DNA of 64,000 nucleotides from Candidatus Wolfebacteria bacterium RIFOXYD12_FULL_48_21 (GTDB lineage: Bacteria; Patescibacteriota; Minisyncoccia; UBA6257; UBA9933): NCBI GenBank assembly GCA_001793945.1, contig MGIW01000006.1, forward strand, positions 70,179-134,178. The letters run 5' to 3'. The notes beneath the pieces were generated by a model. That model saw only the letters and a list, made by a program, of their open reading frames with translations. It did no database searches and was not told the DNA's origin. The position numbers were made by a program, and so were the translations under genes. Below, in pieces: positions 29,374 through 38,657 of this stretch. The first letter of the stretch is position 1, and every line of letters begins with the position of its first letter.

Positions 29374-31113
29374 ATGGAAAACAAAACACTGGTTGATGCA
29401 CTAATTCAAGATGGGCTGATCGGAGAGGTGGAAGGGCGCAAGGTGTTGCAGGAAGCCGCGCTTGCGCGACGACCCGTAGATGAAATGATCTACGAACAGC
29501 GCCTTGTGGACGAAGAAAAGCTTGCCATAGCAAAGGGCAAGCTTTTGAATGTGCCTTATCGAAAGATTGATCCACAGGATATCGATGATGAAACGCTAAA
29601 GTTGTTCCCCGAAGAAAGCGTGCGGAATTACAAGATCATCCCCCTCAGCATCAAAGACGATCTGTTGGTTGCGGGTATGATCAATCCGGATGATGCGCAT
29701 GCGCAGGAGGCCTTGAAGTTCATTGCCAAACAGCGCCGATTGAATGTGGGCGCATATATCGTCACACCGTCATTGTGGGAAACCGTGTTGCGTCGCTACT
29801 CGCCCTATCGCAGCTTGATCGATGAGGCCATAAAAGCGAGCGCTTCCATCGCGGCAAAGGGTTCCGGCCCGGTGCAGACCGTTCGGCTTGAAGAAACGAA
29901 AGGCGCCAATGCCGATGAGACGCCGATTATTCGCATTGTTTCGACCACGCTCAAGGAAGCGGTTTGGGAAAAGGCGTCCGATATCCATATTGAACCACAG
30001 CGCAACCGCAGTCGCATCCGCTTTCGTATCGACGGCGAATTGCGGGAAGTCTCCGCATTTCCTTTGGTTCTGCATTCATTGATCGTATCCCGCGTCAAGA
30101 TCCTTGCGAACCTTAAGATCGACGAGTCGCGTATTCCACAGGATGGTCGTTTTCGAACCGTTTTGTTTGGCAGGGATATCGATTATCGCGTTGCTACATT
30201 TCCGACTCCGGTCGGCGAGAAGGTTGTTATTCGCGTACTTGATCCGTCCACCGGTTTGCGCGGGTTGGAAGATCTTGGGTTGCGCGGTAAGAATCTTGCT
30301 ACCGTAAAAAGTGGTATTGAAAAACCATACGGTGTCATTTTGATTACCGGCCCTACTGGCTCCGGAAAAAGCACAACGCTATATGCGTTGATGCAGTTGT
30401 TGAACAAGGACGATGTGAACATTGTCAGTCTTGAAGACCCGGTTGAATATTATATGGATGGACTGAATCAATCCCAGGTAAAGCCGGAAATCGGATACGA
30501 TTTTGCATCCGGACTGCGCCAGATATTGCGCCAAGACCCCGATGTGATCATGGTCGGTGAGGTCCGCGACGAAGAAACTGCTGCACTTACCATCCAAGCT
30601 GCACTTACCGGGCATATTGTACTTTCCACGCTGCATACCAACAATTCCGTTGGTGTCATCCCGCGTCTTATCGATATGAAGGTGCAACCGTTTTTGCTTC
30701 CTGCCGCACTTAATCTTATGCTTGCACAACGGCTTGTTACGCGGTTGTGCCAACAGTGCAAAGTGGGTGAACTTGCCCCTCCTCAAGTTGCCGAGATTAT
30801 TGCTCGCGAACTTGGCAGATTATCTGCCGATGCACGGGGGGTATATCCGGTTTCCGGCCCGTATACGGTGTATCATTCGCCGGGCTGCGAAGCATGTAAA
30901 GGAAAAGGTGTCTCGGGGCGACTCGCTGTGTTTGAAGTATTGGCCATGACTCCCGAGATGGAGCGGGTCATAAACGCCGGGGCGACCGAGTCCGCTATTC
31001 TTGAAGAAGCCCGCCGGCAAAATATAGTTACCATGCATCAAGATGGCATTCTTAAGGCACTTGAGGGGATGACATCCATAGAAGAAGTGCTTCGTGAAAC
31101 CGTGGAAATGTGA
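29374..31113 (+). CDS. pilB: Type IV pilus assembly ATPase PilB/GspE
   Basis: Walker A GPTGSGKSTTL. Tetracysteine CEACKGKG. Confidence 0.9.
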   Translation: MENKTLVDALIQDGLIGEVEGRKVLQEAALARRPVDEMIYEQRLVDEEKLAIAKGKLLNVPYRKIDPQDIDDETLKLFPEESVRNYKIIPLSIKDDLLVAGMINPDDAHAQEALKFIAKQRRLNVGAYIVTPSLWETVLRRYSPYRSLIDEAIKASASIAAKGSGPVQTVRLEETKGANADETPIIRIVSTTLKEAVWEKASDIHIEPQRNRSRIRFRIDGELREVSAFPLVLHSLIVSRVKILANLKIDESRIPQDGRFRTVLFGRDIDYRVATFPTPVGEKVVIRVLDPSTGLRGLEDLGLRGKNLATVKSGIEKPYGVILITGPTGSGKSTTLYALMQLLNKDDVNIVSLEDPVEYYMDGLNQSQVKPEIGYDFASGLRQILRQDPDVIMVGEVRDEETAALTIQAALTGHIVLSTLHTNNSVGVIPRLIDMKVQPFLLPAALNLMLAQRLVTRLCQQCKVGELAPPQVAEIIARELGRLSADARGVYPVSGPYTVYHSPGCEACKGKGVSGRLAVFEVLAMTPEMERVINAGATESAILEEARRQNIVTMHQDGILKALEGMTSIEEVLRETVEM

Positions 31114-31224
31114 TAAAATACATGCAACAAGCGACATGTAACATGTAACAAGGGAATGCGGTTATAGTACACCATTTCACTTATATTCCATGTCTCAGTA
31201 ACTAGTAAACATTCATCCCTTTCT

Positions 31225-32298
31225 ATGGACTACAAACAACAGCTAAATGACCTTTTGCTTTCAACGGCAAAACAAAACGCATCCGACCTGCACATCGGTG
31301 TCGGCAAATATCCCATGTTGCGCATCGATGGGTTGTTGATCCCGTTGCAAAAAGAGGGCATCGTTACACCCGAGGTCGCAACTGGTCTTGTTACCGAGTT
31401 GCTGACTCCCCAACAACGCGCGGTTGTTGAGAAAAACCGCGAAGTCGATTTTTCTTATACCTATGAAGATAAGGCGCGTTTTCGTATTAATGTATTCTAT
31501 CAGCGCGGATATATGGCTGCAGCATTGCGTTTGATCCCGGCGGAGGCTCGCACTATAGAAGATCTTGGTTTGCCGCCGATCTTGCACGATTTTACCAAAC
31601 TGTCGCAAGGATTCTTTTTGATTGTGGGCCCTGCCGGCCATGGCAAGTCGACTACGCTTGCTGCACTTGTCGACGAGATCAACCATACTCGCACGGAACA
31701 TATTATCACCATTGAAGATCCTGTCGAATATATGTTTGTGCAGGATAAGTCCATCGTTTCGCAACGCGAAGTGCTGAGCGATACGCCCGATTTTCACATG
31801 GCATTGAAGTCGCTTTTGCGTCAGGATCCGGACATTGTCATGATTGGAGAAATGCGCGACAAGGAATCCATCGCTACCGCCATGACGGCCGCGGAAACCG
31901 GACACCTTGTCTTTTCCACACTGCATACCAATTCGGCCGCACAGACTATTGATCGTATTATTGATAGCTTTCCGCCTGATCAGCAAAACCAGGTCGCTTC
32001 GCAGCTTGCCGCCACATTGGTCGGCATCGTTTCTCAGCGGTTGATCCCGCATGTCGATGGCGGCCGCGTTCCCGCGTGCGAAATCATGATCGTCAATTCC
32101 GCCATCCGCAACTTGATCCGTGAGCGCAAGGCGTACCAAATCGACTTGGTCATTGAAACATCCATGCAAGAGGGTATGGTCACGCTGAACCGATCGCTTG
32201 CTACGCTGGTTCGCAGTCGGCAGATCGCACTCGAAGAGGCGGAGTTGTACTCGTTGAATGCGAGTGAGCTGCGCATATTGATCGAAAGGGTGTCGTAG
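31225..32298 (+). CDS. pilT: Twitching motility ATPase PilT
   Basis: GPAGHGKSTTLAA and the PilT-type IITIEDPVEY. Confidence 0.9.
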   Translation: MDYKQQLNDLLLSTAKQNASDLHIGVGKYPMLRIDGLLIPLQKEGIVTPEVATGLVTELLTPQQRAVVEKNREVDFSYTYEDKARFRINVFYQRGYMAAALRLIPAEARTIEDLGLPPILHDFTKLSQGFFLIVGPAGHGKSTTLAALVDEINHTRTEHIITIEDPVEYMFVQDKSIVSQREVLSDTPDFHMALKSLLRQDPDIVMIGEMRDKESIATAMTAAETGHLVFSTLHTNSAAQTIDRIIDSFPPDQQNQVASQLAATLVGIVSQRLIPHVDGGRVPACEIMIVNSAIRNLIRERKAYQIDLVIETSMQEGMVTLNRSLATLVRSRQIALEEAELYSLNASELRILIERVS

Positions 32299-32302
32299 GG
32301 TT

Positions 32303-32378
32303 GTGTCATTCTGAACTTGTTTCAGAATCCCCCCTATTTGTACATGAGATTCCGAAACAAGTTCGGAATGACAATAAG
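32303..32378. repeat. Palindromic MITE-like element
   Basis: gtcattctgaacttgtttcagaatc ... gattccgaaacaagttcggaatgac. Confidence 0.7.
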
Positions 32379-32390
32379 ATATGTTTATCC

Positions 32391-33605
32391 ATGAAATTCA
32401 AATACCAAGCACGCAATAAGGATGGGGAACTGCAAGTCGGGTTCGTGGAATCATATTCGCAGGCGGGCGCTGCGGATGTTTTGGTTTCCCATAGTCTGTA
32501 TGTCCTTAGTCTTGAAAGTACGGATAAGGAAAATATTTTTGACAAATTTCTTGCCGCGTTCAAGCATATTTCACTAACCGATCTCATGATCTTTACGCGT
32601 CAATTTGCGACGCTCATGGAGGCAAAGGTTTCCCTTGGTGATTCCATGAAGAACCTGCAAAAGCAGACGCGTAGCCCGATGATGAAAGAAGTGATCCATG
32701 AGATCACATCCGACATCGACAGCGGTCTTGCCCTGTCACAGGCGTTTGAACGACAAAAGGATGTATTTTCGGAATTTTATGTCAGCATGATCCGGTCTGC
32801 CGAGATAACGGGGCGTTTGGAAGAAGCCGTTATTTATTTGGCCGCCTATATCGAAAAGCAAAAACTGTGGCGCTCTCGCATCATTAACGCGCTTATTTAT
32901 CCAATCATTTTAGTTGTCATGTTCTTGGGCATCGTGTTGCTTATGGTAACCATGGTCTTGCCGAACATTCGGCCGATCTTGCTTGAATCGGGCACCGCAT
33001 TGCCGTGGTATACGCAGGCTGTTTTGGTTGGGGGCGATTTCATCATCAACTGGTGGTGGGTCGTGATTCTTGCCGTCGTACCTTTGGTCATGTTCATTTT
33101 GGAATATGCCCGCAGTGAAGAGGGTAAGGTGGTTATCGACGAAGTGGTATTGCGCATGCCCGTGTTCGGAAACCTTTTTGCGAAAATGTACATTGCCCGG
33201 TTTGCGGAATCGTTGAGCATCTTGATCCAAGGAGGTATTCCTATCGCGCAAGCATTGGAGATCACTTCTCGATCGATTGGCAGTAATGTGTTCCATGAGA
33301 TATTGCACGAGGTCAGCGATCGGGTTCGCGGAGGCGAGCTGCTTTCCACTGCATTGGAGCAGTACGAATTTTACTTTCCTTCGTTGGTCAGTCAGATGAT
33401 CGCCATCGGCGAAACTACGGGGCGGCTCGATGAACTGCTCGGCCGCGTTGGTATATTCTACACGCGGGAGGTCGACGACATCATGGGTCGGCTTGGCGAG
33501 CTTATCCAGCCGCTCATCATCGCCATTATCGGTGTCTTTGTCGGATTCCTATTTGCATCCATACTCGTTCCGATATATAATTTAGTAAAGTCATTCAGTG
33601 CATAA
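32391..33605 (+). CDS. pilC: Type IV pilus inner-membrane platform protein PilC (GspF family)
   Basis: Two T2SSF repeats and three TM helices. Confidence 0.9.
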   Translation: MKFKYQARNKDGELQVGFVESYSQAGAADVLVSHSLYVLSLESTDKENIFDKFLAAFKHISLTDLMIFTRQFATLMEAKVSLGDSMKNLQKQTRSPMMKEVIHEITSDIDSGLALSQAFERQKDVFSEFYVSMIRSAEITGRLEEAVIYLAAYIEKQKLWRSRIINALIYPIILVVMFLGIVLLMVTMVLPNIRPILLESGTALPWYTQAVLVGGDFIINWWWVVILAVVPLVMFILEYARSEEGKVVIDEVVLRMPVFGNLFAKMYIARFAESLSILIQGGIPIAQALEITSRSIGSNVFHEILHEVSDRVRGGELLSTALEQYEFYFPSLVSQMIAIGETTGRLDELLGRVGIFYTREVDDIMGRLGELIQPLIIAIIGVFVGFLFASILVPIYNLVKSFSA

Positions 33606-33660
33606 TTAACCAACAACTAATAACCTGCGGCCGATAACAAATATCGGAGGATACTATTTT

Positions 33661-34155
33661 ATGAAAATACTACAATACAAAAAAGGCAGCGCCTTGATCC
33701 GTCAGGCGACGGAGAAAGGTTTTACTTTGGTCGAAATGCTTATCGTTATTGCTATCGTTGCCATTCTTGCATCGGTTGCGTTGGTAAGCGTGCGTGGCGT
33801 TCGTGAGGCGGCGGCCGACACCAAGCGCATTTCCGATTTGAGCAAAGTGCAAACATTGCTTGAGATCTATTATAATAAGCAAGGTACATATCCGAATGTA
33901 AGTACTTGGGACGCATTGGAGACCGAGCTGAAAGCAAAGAACATCACTGCTACCGATATTCCGCAGGACCCGCTTGGCGACACCCGCTCCTATGCATATG
34001 GCATTCAGCCCTCCACATTTCAACGCTATATTTTACGGGCTCAATTGTTGGATTCAGACCATAGAAATCTTACCGATGCCAACGAGATTGATACCACTGA
34101 ATACGGCGTTGATTGCAACGATACCAGCGGCTATTACTGTATAAGCTCGTTCTAA
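33661..34155 (+). CDS. Type IV pilin (prepilin)
   Basis: EKG|FTLVEMLIVIAIVAILASVALV. Confidence 0.8.
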   Translation: MKILQYKKGSALIRQATEKGFTLVEMLIVIAIVAILASVALVSVRGVREAAADTKRISDLSKVQTLLEIYYNKQGTYPNVSTWDALETELKAKNITATDIPQDPLGDTRSYAYGIQPSTFQRYILRAQLLDSDHRNLTDANEIDTTEYGVDCNDTSGYYCISSF

Positions 34156-34182
34156 CGGGTTCCCGTATGCCCATGCAAGCGC

Positions 34183-35109
34183 ATGGGCATATTTATATCT
34201 TTTGCCATTATGACATTTTTTTCCTATATACTTTTGGCGACGCTCGGGCTTATTATCGGAAGCTTTCTTAATGTTGCAACGCTGCGCTATGATCCTGATG
34301 GGGGATTTTTGAATATACGTTTATTTGGCGGTCGTTCTCATTGTCCGCGGTGTCGCGCGCAACTGGCGTGGTATGAGCTCATCCCCGTATTGAGTTATTT
34401 GTTTCTTTGGGGGCAATGCCGCCATTGCAAGCAGCACATATCGTTGCAGTATCCTATCGTAGAGCTTCTAACCGCCATTGTATTCGTTGCGATTCCTATG
34501 CGCATTGAATCGATGTCCTATATGCTATTTGCGGGCAGTGTCGGAGCGCTTTCCGTTGCGCATCTTTTGGTATCTGCGCTTTGGGTCGCAGTCTTTGTGT
34601 TGTTCATTGCATTGGCGGTCATAGATCTTCGCCACATGATCATTCCCGATTTTATTGCGATCGCCTTGGGCACTATCGGGGTCGTGCTTGCCGGTGTCAT
34701 GCAATGGTTTGGCGGGTTTTCCCCGTTGCGGGGTTCTTTTATGGGGCACTATGCCATGATTTTTGGGTTTCGCGAAAGCATTTGGGTTAACCATTTTTTT
34801 GCGGCGTTTGTTGGGCTTATATTTTTTGGGCTTATCATCGGCTTGAGTAGGGGGCGTGCGATGGGATGGGGAGACCTAAAGCTTGCGGGTGCATTGGGTC
34901 TTATCTTCGGATGGCCGGATATTGTGCTTGTGCTCATGCTCTCGTTCATTATCGGGTCCGTTGTGTCGGTTGGGCTTATGGTGCGCGGGCGCAAGACCAT
35001 GGGCGATGCGGTTCCATTTGGTCCGTTTTTGGTTATCGGCGCGGCAACCGTGTTCTTTTTCGGTTTCCGAATCATGTCGCTATATTTTGGTTCGTTCGGT
35101 GTTGTGTGA
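34183..35109 (+). CDS. pilD: Prepilin peptidase (A24 family)
   Basis: CPRCRA...CRHC zinc motif plus a multi-TM peptidase domain. Confidence 0.85.
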   Translation: MGIFISFAIMTFFSYILLATLGLIIGSFLNVATLRYDPDGGFLNIRLFGGRSHCPRCRAQLAWYELIPVLSYLFLWGQCRHCKQHISLQYPIVELLTAIVFVAIPMRIESMSYMLFAGSVGALSVAHLLVSALWVAVFVLFIALAVIDLRHMIIPDFIAIALGTIGVVLAGVMQWFGGFSPLRGSFMGHYAMIFGFRESIWVNHFFAAFVGLIFFGLIIGLSRGRAMGWGDLKLAGALGLIFGWPDIVLVLMLSFIIGSVVSVGLMVRGRKTMGDAVPFGPFLVIGAATVFFFGFRIMSLYFGSFGVV

Positions 35110-35120
35110 GTAGGGGGGCG

Positions 35121-35420
35121 CCAAGCAGAATCGCTGCAGGGGAACCCGCTCACGGATTTTGTGGGGCAAAATCCTGCGCTTCCGTTTGGGTTCCCCTGCA
35201 GCGATTTCGCTTGGCTTGAAGGGAGGGGAAGAGAAGGGAAGGGGCAGACAGAATCGCCATGCGGGAACCCGCTCACGTGTTACACACTGCTGTCCGCCGG
35301 CTGGCGGATTTAGGTTCCCATATTGTCATTCCTGTGAAAACAGGAATCTGAATTTCCGTCATCGCAAGGCGGAATGTTTCTCATATAGGCTTGCCATGCC
35401 TGCAGATCGCATATATACTT
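35121..35420. repeat. Cluster of palindromic MITE/REP-like elements, including a 28-bp-arm hairpin at 35121-35218
   Basis: gccaagcagaatcgctgcaggggaaccc ... gggttcccctgcagcgatttcgcttggc, followed by copies with the ccggctggcggat box and a gtcattcctgtgaaaacaggaat hairpin. Confidence 0.75.
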
Positions 35421-35539
35421 GAAATAGAAGGGTAGTATTGGGTTTAGTGTTAGCCACACAGTCGAGGTGGCTTGACAAAAATATTAAACCATGCTATTAA
35501 TTAAATCAGCAACTAACCAACTAATAAAGGAGAAAAACC

Positions 35540-36145
35540 ATGGAAGGATTCAACAGAAAGGCATTCGACGAAATGGTGGGCAAGGCACAAGAAGAGGCAT
35601 TAAAAGACAATGCCAAACTTGATAGCGCAAATGCGCTGATCAAAGAGATCAAGGGAGAAAAGGAAATTGCCGAGTCGAAAGAGCAATTCGAAACTTGGCA
35701 AACAATCGAATCTGGAGGGAAGTCAAAGGACGAGCTCATAAAAGAGCTTGAAGAAAAAGGAAGACTAATTGGCGCCGACGCCAACCATCTTCTTAAAAGT
35801 GAAGATTTCAAGACCTCCGAATCAAGGGAACATATTGATCTCGTAAGGCCGACCGTTAAAGATCTCGGGTTTGATAATGGTGCCACTACTGAAGAAATAT
35901 ACGCAAGAGCCGATGAATTGGGGTTGGATCTCTGTGAAGCTGAAGATGCTCCCAACTTAAGGGTCCAATATGATGGGACAGAAGGCATGGCGATCGCCAT
36001 GAAGCAGATTACCGGCTCTGGTGGCTTCCCGAGTGTGTTCTACCTGAGCAGCGATGACGACGACCTGTGGCTCGGCACGAACGGTGCGCGTCCCGGCATC
36101 AGGTGGAATGCTGACAATCGCTTTGTCTTCCGTCGGCGCAAGTAA
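35540..36145 (+). CDS. DGR target protein with a C-terminal variable region
   Basis: AAAGGAG Shine-Dalgarno. The C-terminal 45 aa is encoded by the VR. The tail reads DDDLWLGTNGARPGIRWNADNRFVFRRRK, which is CLec-fold-like. Confidence 0.8.
   Translation: MEGFNRKAFDEMVGKAQEEALKDNAKLDSANALIKEIKGEKEIAESKEQFETWQTIESGGKSKDELIKELEEKGRLIGADANHLLKSEDFKTSESREHIDLVRPTVKDLGFDNGATTEEIYARADELGLDLCEAEDAPNLRVQYDGTEGMAIAMKQITGSGGFPSVFYLSSDDDDLWLGTNGARPGIRWNADNRFVFRRRK
36008..36142 (+). repeat. DGR variable repeat (VR)
   Basis: 135-bp copy of the TR with 14 substitutions, all at TR adenines. Confidence 0.85.
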
Positions 36146-36208
36146 CTCTTGTGGACTTGTGCGCCTGTTATCTATTTGGGCACTTGGTCCCTTTGTTCCC
36201 TTGCATTT

Positions 36209-36233
36209 AAATCCCGCGCTTTGCGCGGGATTT
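36209..36233 (+). terminator. Perfect 11-bp-stem hairpin downstream of the VR and target stop
   Basis: aaatcccgcgc ttt gcgcgggattt. Confidence 0.45.
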
Positions 36234-36498
36234 GTATTATGGTACGATGATTGCGGTAGTAGGCTAATGATCCAATGCGGGCGATCAAGGTTTCCCGCGG
36301 CCGAATCCGGTATCCATGCGTCGAGAGTGCCTTCGTCCTCCGGCTGGCGGATTGAGACAGGGTGGCGCATGCAGAAACTCCATCAAAAATGAAGATACTT
36401 GGTATAAGATATTGGAGGAGTCTTGCTCCCAAATACTATACAGCCTTGAGTTTGCCAGCAAGCGATCGAGGGGCGGTGGAACGGATGATATCTTATAC

Positions 36499-36633
36499 AT
36501 TACCGACTCTGATGGCAACCCGAATGTGTTCAACCTGAACAGCAATGACGACGACCTGTGGCTCGACACGAACAATGCGCGTCCCGACAACAGGTGGAAT
36601 GCTGACAATCGCTTTGTCTTCCGTCGGCGCAAA
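36499..36633 (+). repeat. DGR template repeat (TR)
   Basis: Adenine-containing master copy, with AAC/AAT codons in the target frame. Embedded in a non-functional-looking ORF, 36316-36834. Confidence 0.85.
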
Positions 36634-36638
36634 CCTCT

Positions 36639-36953
36639 TTATTTCTCCTCCGGACTTGCGCCGGAGGAGTTTTTCTTTTCAATCTGGTGTTGCCACCCGC
36701 CGAGCATCTTGCCGATCTCATCTACGCATTTTGAAAGCGCAATGTATTTCTTACTATCAAGAACATTTATTTCCCACGCAAAGCGGAAAAAAAATTTTAG
36801 TTCGTCTATCTTGGCCCCGGCTTTTTGTAGGTGAGGCAATTTGAGTGCCTCTTTTTTCCAGCTGGCGGTAAACAGAAGTCCTGCCGTTTCGATAATAAGG
36901 CCGTCGATTTTTGTCCCCAATGTATAGCGTGAAGTTTTCGGGAATAGCTTCAC
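36639..36953 (-). CDS. avd: Avd-like accessory variability determinant (four-helix-bundle / 23S IVS protein family)
   Basis: FPKTSRYTLGTKIDGLIIETAGLLFTA and SKKYIALSKCVDEIGKMLGGW match the Avd/IVS pattern FPK.E.Y.L..QI.RAA.SI..NIAEG ... E.GKML. The ORF may extend upstream to about 37010 with a non-ATG start. Confidence 0.7.
   Translation of the reverse strand: MKLFPKTSRYTLGTKIDGLIIETAGLLFTASWKKEALKLPHLQKAGAKIDELKFFFRFAWEINVLDSKKYIALSKCVDEIGKMLGGWQHQIEKKNSSGASPEEK
36645..36679 (+). terminator. Plus-strand intrinsic terminator immediately 3' of the TR
   Basis: ctcctccgg acttgcg ccggaggag tttttctttt. Confidence 0.6.
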
Positions 36954-37013
36954 ATATTCTTGCCAGAGTTTGTACAGTGTGATAGTTTTGCTAATAATTG
37001 TTAAATTATTAGC

Positions 37014-37033
37014 GGGGGGGGGTAATTTTTTTT
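37014..37033. repeat. Homopolymeric G9 tract followed by a T8 tract in the avd-RT intergenic region
   Basis: agcgggggggggtaattttttttg, read directly. Confidence 0.8.
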
Positions 37034-37042
37034 GTTATTATT

Positions 37043-38071
37043 ATGAATGTCAAATTGAGTCATATATTTGAAGAGATAATTTCCGTCGATAATCTTTTGT
37101 TTGCATGGAAGGAATTCGAAAAGGGCAAGAAAAACAAAATCGATGTTTTAAAATTTTCGGAACGACTGATGGATAACATCTTATCATTGCATTACGATTT
37201 GGCAAGCAGAACATATGCGCATGGCGGGTATAAGGCATTTAAAATAAGCGATCCGAAGCCCCGCGATATCCATAAAGCGAGTGTGCTGGACAGATTGCTC
37301 CATCACGCCATATATAGAGTCGCATACCCCTATTTTGACAGGAAGTTCATCTGCGATTCTTATTCCTGCCGGAACGGGAAAGGAACACACAAAGCCATGA
37401 GTCGCTTTAAGCAATATCACAATGAAGTTTCCAAAAATAACACAAGAACCTGCTGGGTATTGAAATGTGACATTAGAAAGTTTTTTGCCAATATCGACCA
37501 TCAAATACTGAGGGATATTTTAGAAAAACATATAGAGGATGAGGATTTGATGTGGCTATTGGGAGAGGTTGTCGGGAGTTTTAATACCGAAGGGAAGACG
37601 GGCAAAGGGCTTCCGCTCGGGAACCTTACATCTCAGCTCTTAGTGAATATATACATGAATGAATTTGATCAGTATATGAAGCATGTATTGAAAGTAAAAT
37701 GGTATATCCGATATGCTGATGATTTTTGCATGCTATCTGGGAATAAAAAAGAATTGGAACAATTGTTGTCCCAAACAGGTGACATTCTGAAAGGAAAGCT
37801 GGAACTGGAGCTCCATCCCGATAAGGTTTCCATAAAAACATTTTCTTCCGGAGTTGATTTTCTTGGGTGGGTGCATTTCCCGGCTTATAGCGTCTTGCGA
37901 ACTTCCACCAAAAGGAGAATGATGGAAAGAATAAGAAAGCGCTTAAATGATGAAACGGTGGGTTCGTATTTGGGAATGCTGAAGCACGGGAACGGGCATT
38001 TAATACGCGAAGAAATAGTATCAATACAAAATGGCGCAAGCGGTTGGATACCCTCTGCCAATAAGGTATAA
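37043..38071 (+). CDS. DGR reverse transcriptase
   Basis: RT motifs present. PLGNLTSQ is the DGR-specific (I/L)GxxxSQ. YADDF active site. Confidence 0.9.
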   Translation: MNVKLSHIFEEIISVDNLLFAWKEFEKGKKNKIDVLKFSERLMDNILSLHYDLASRTYAHGGYKAFKISDPKPRDIHKASVLDRLLHHAIYRVAYPYFDRKFICDSYSCRNGKGTHKAMSRFKQYHNEVSKNNTRTCWVLKCDIRKFFANIDHQILRDILEKHIEDEDLMWLLGEVVGSFNTEGKTGKGLPLGNLTSQLLVNIYMNEFDQYMKHVLKVKWYIRYADDFCMLSGNKKELEQLLSQTGDILKGKLELELHPDKVSIKTFSSGVDFLGWVHFPAYSVLRTSTKRRMMERIRKRLNDETVGSYLGMLKHGNGHLIREEIVSIQNGASGWIPSANKV

Positions 38072-38078
38072 TGGTCAT

Positions 38079-38657
38079 ATGATGAACGGGAAACGCGTCG
38101 AAAAGCATGCGGCTATGAGAGGATTTACCTTGATCGAAACACTCGTTGTTATGAGCCTTGTTTTGATTTTGATCTCGATTGCGGCCATGTATAACAGAAA
38201 TGCCGGACGGCAGGTTTTGGTGGCTCGCGAACATGCAAAGGTGCTGACGACATTCGTGCGTGCGCGTTCTGCCGGACTTACCATTCCAAAGACCGACCCA
38301 AGTGTGGAACGCATTTGTGCCTATGGCGTGCATGTCGATTCTGCTGCGCGTACCATTATACTATTCAAGGATCTGGGCGAGCCGCTTCCCGGCTCCTGTG
38401 TTTCGGCGAATCATATATATGATGGCGACAGTGAGGCGCTTGAGCGAAGCGTGCTTGATGCCACGGTTAATATGGCCGCTACGAACATACAAGATGTCGT
38501 ATTCATTCCGCCTTCCGGTGAAGTGATTATTACCAACGAAGGGGGAACAGTCGTGCAATCGGCGACCGTAACGGTTGCCGGTGTTGAATCGGGGCTTTCC
38601 CGCGGCGTAAAAATAAATACATTCGGACAAATAACCGAGTTTGAGCCAATCCCATGA
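38079..38657 (+). CDS. Minor pilin / pseudopilin
   Basis: AAMRG|FTLIETLVVMSLVLILI prepilin motif. Confidence 0.7.
   Translation: MMNGKRVEKHAAMRGFTLIETLVVMSLVLILISIAAMYNRNAGRQVLVAREHAKVLTTFVRARSAGLTIPKTDPSVERICAYGVHVDSAARTIILFKDLGEPLPGSCVSANHIYDGDSEALERSVLDATVNMAATNIQDVVFIPPSGEVIITNEGGTVVQSATVTVAGVESGLSRGVKINTFGQITEFEPIP

Noticed and set aside
31261-32169. 302-aa ORF antisense to pilT
   Set aside because: Shadow ORF. pilT on the plus strand has unambiguous Walker motifs.
36316-36834. 172-aa ORF containing the TR
   Set aside because: It has no start context. It consists of repeat-derived sequence plus the TR, and its tail runs antisense through the Avd ORF and a terminator hairpin. It is most likely non-coding: TR plus a degenerate target 3' copy.
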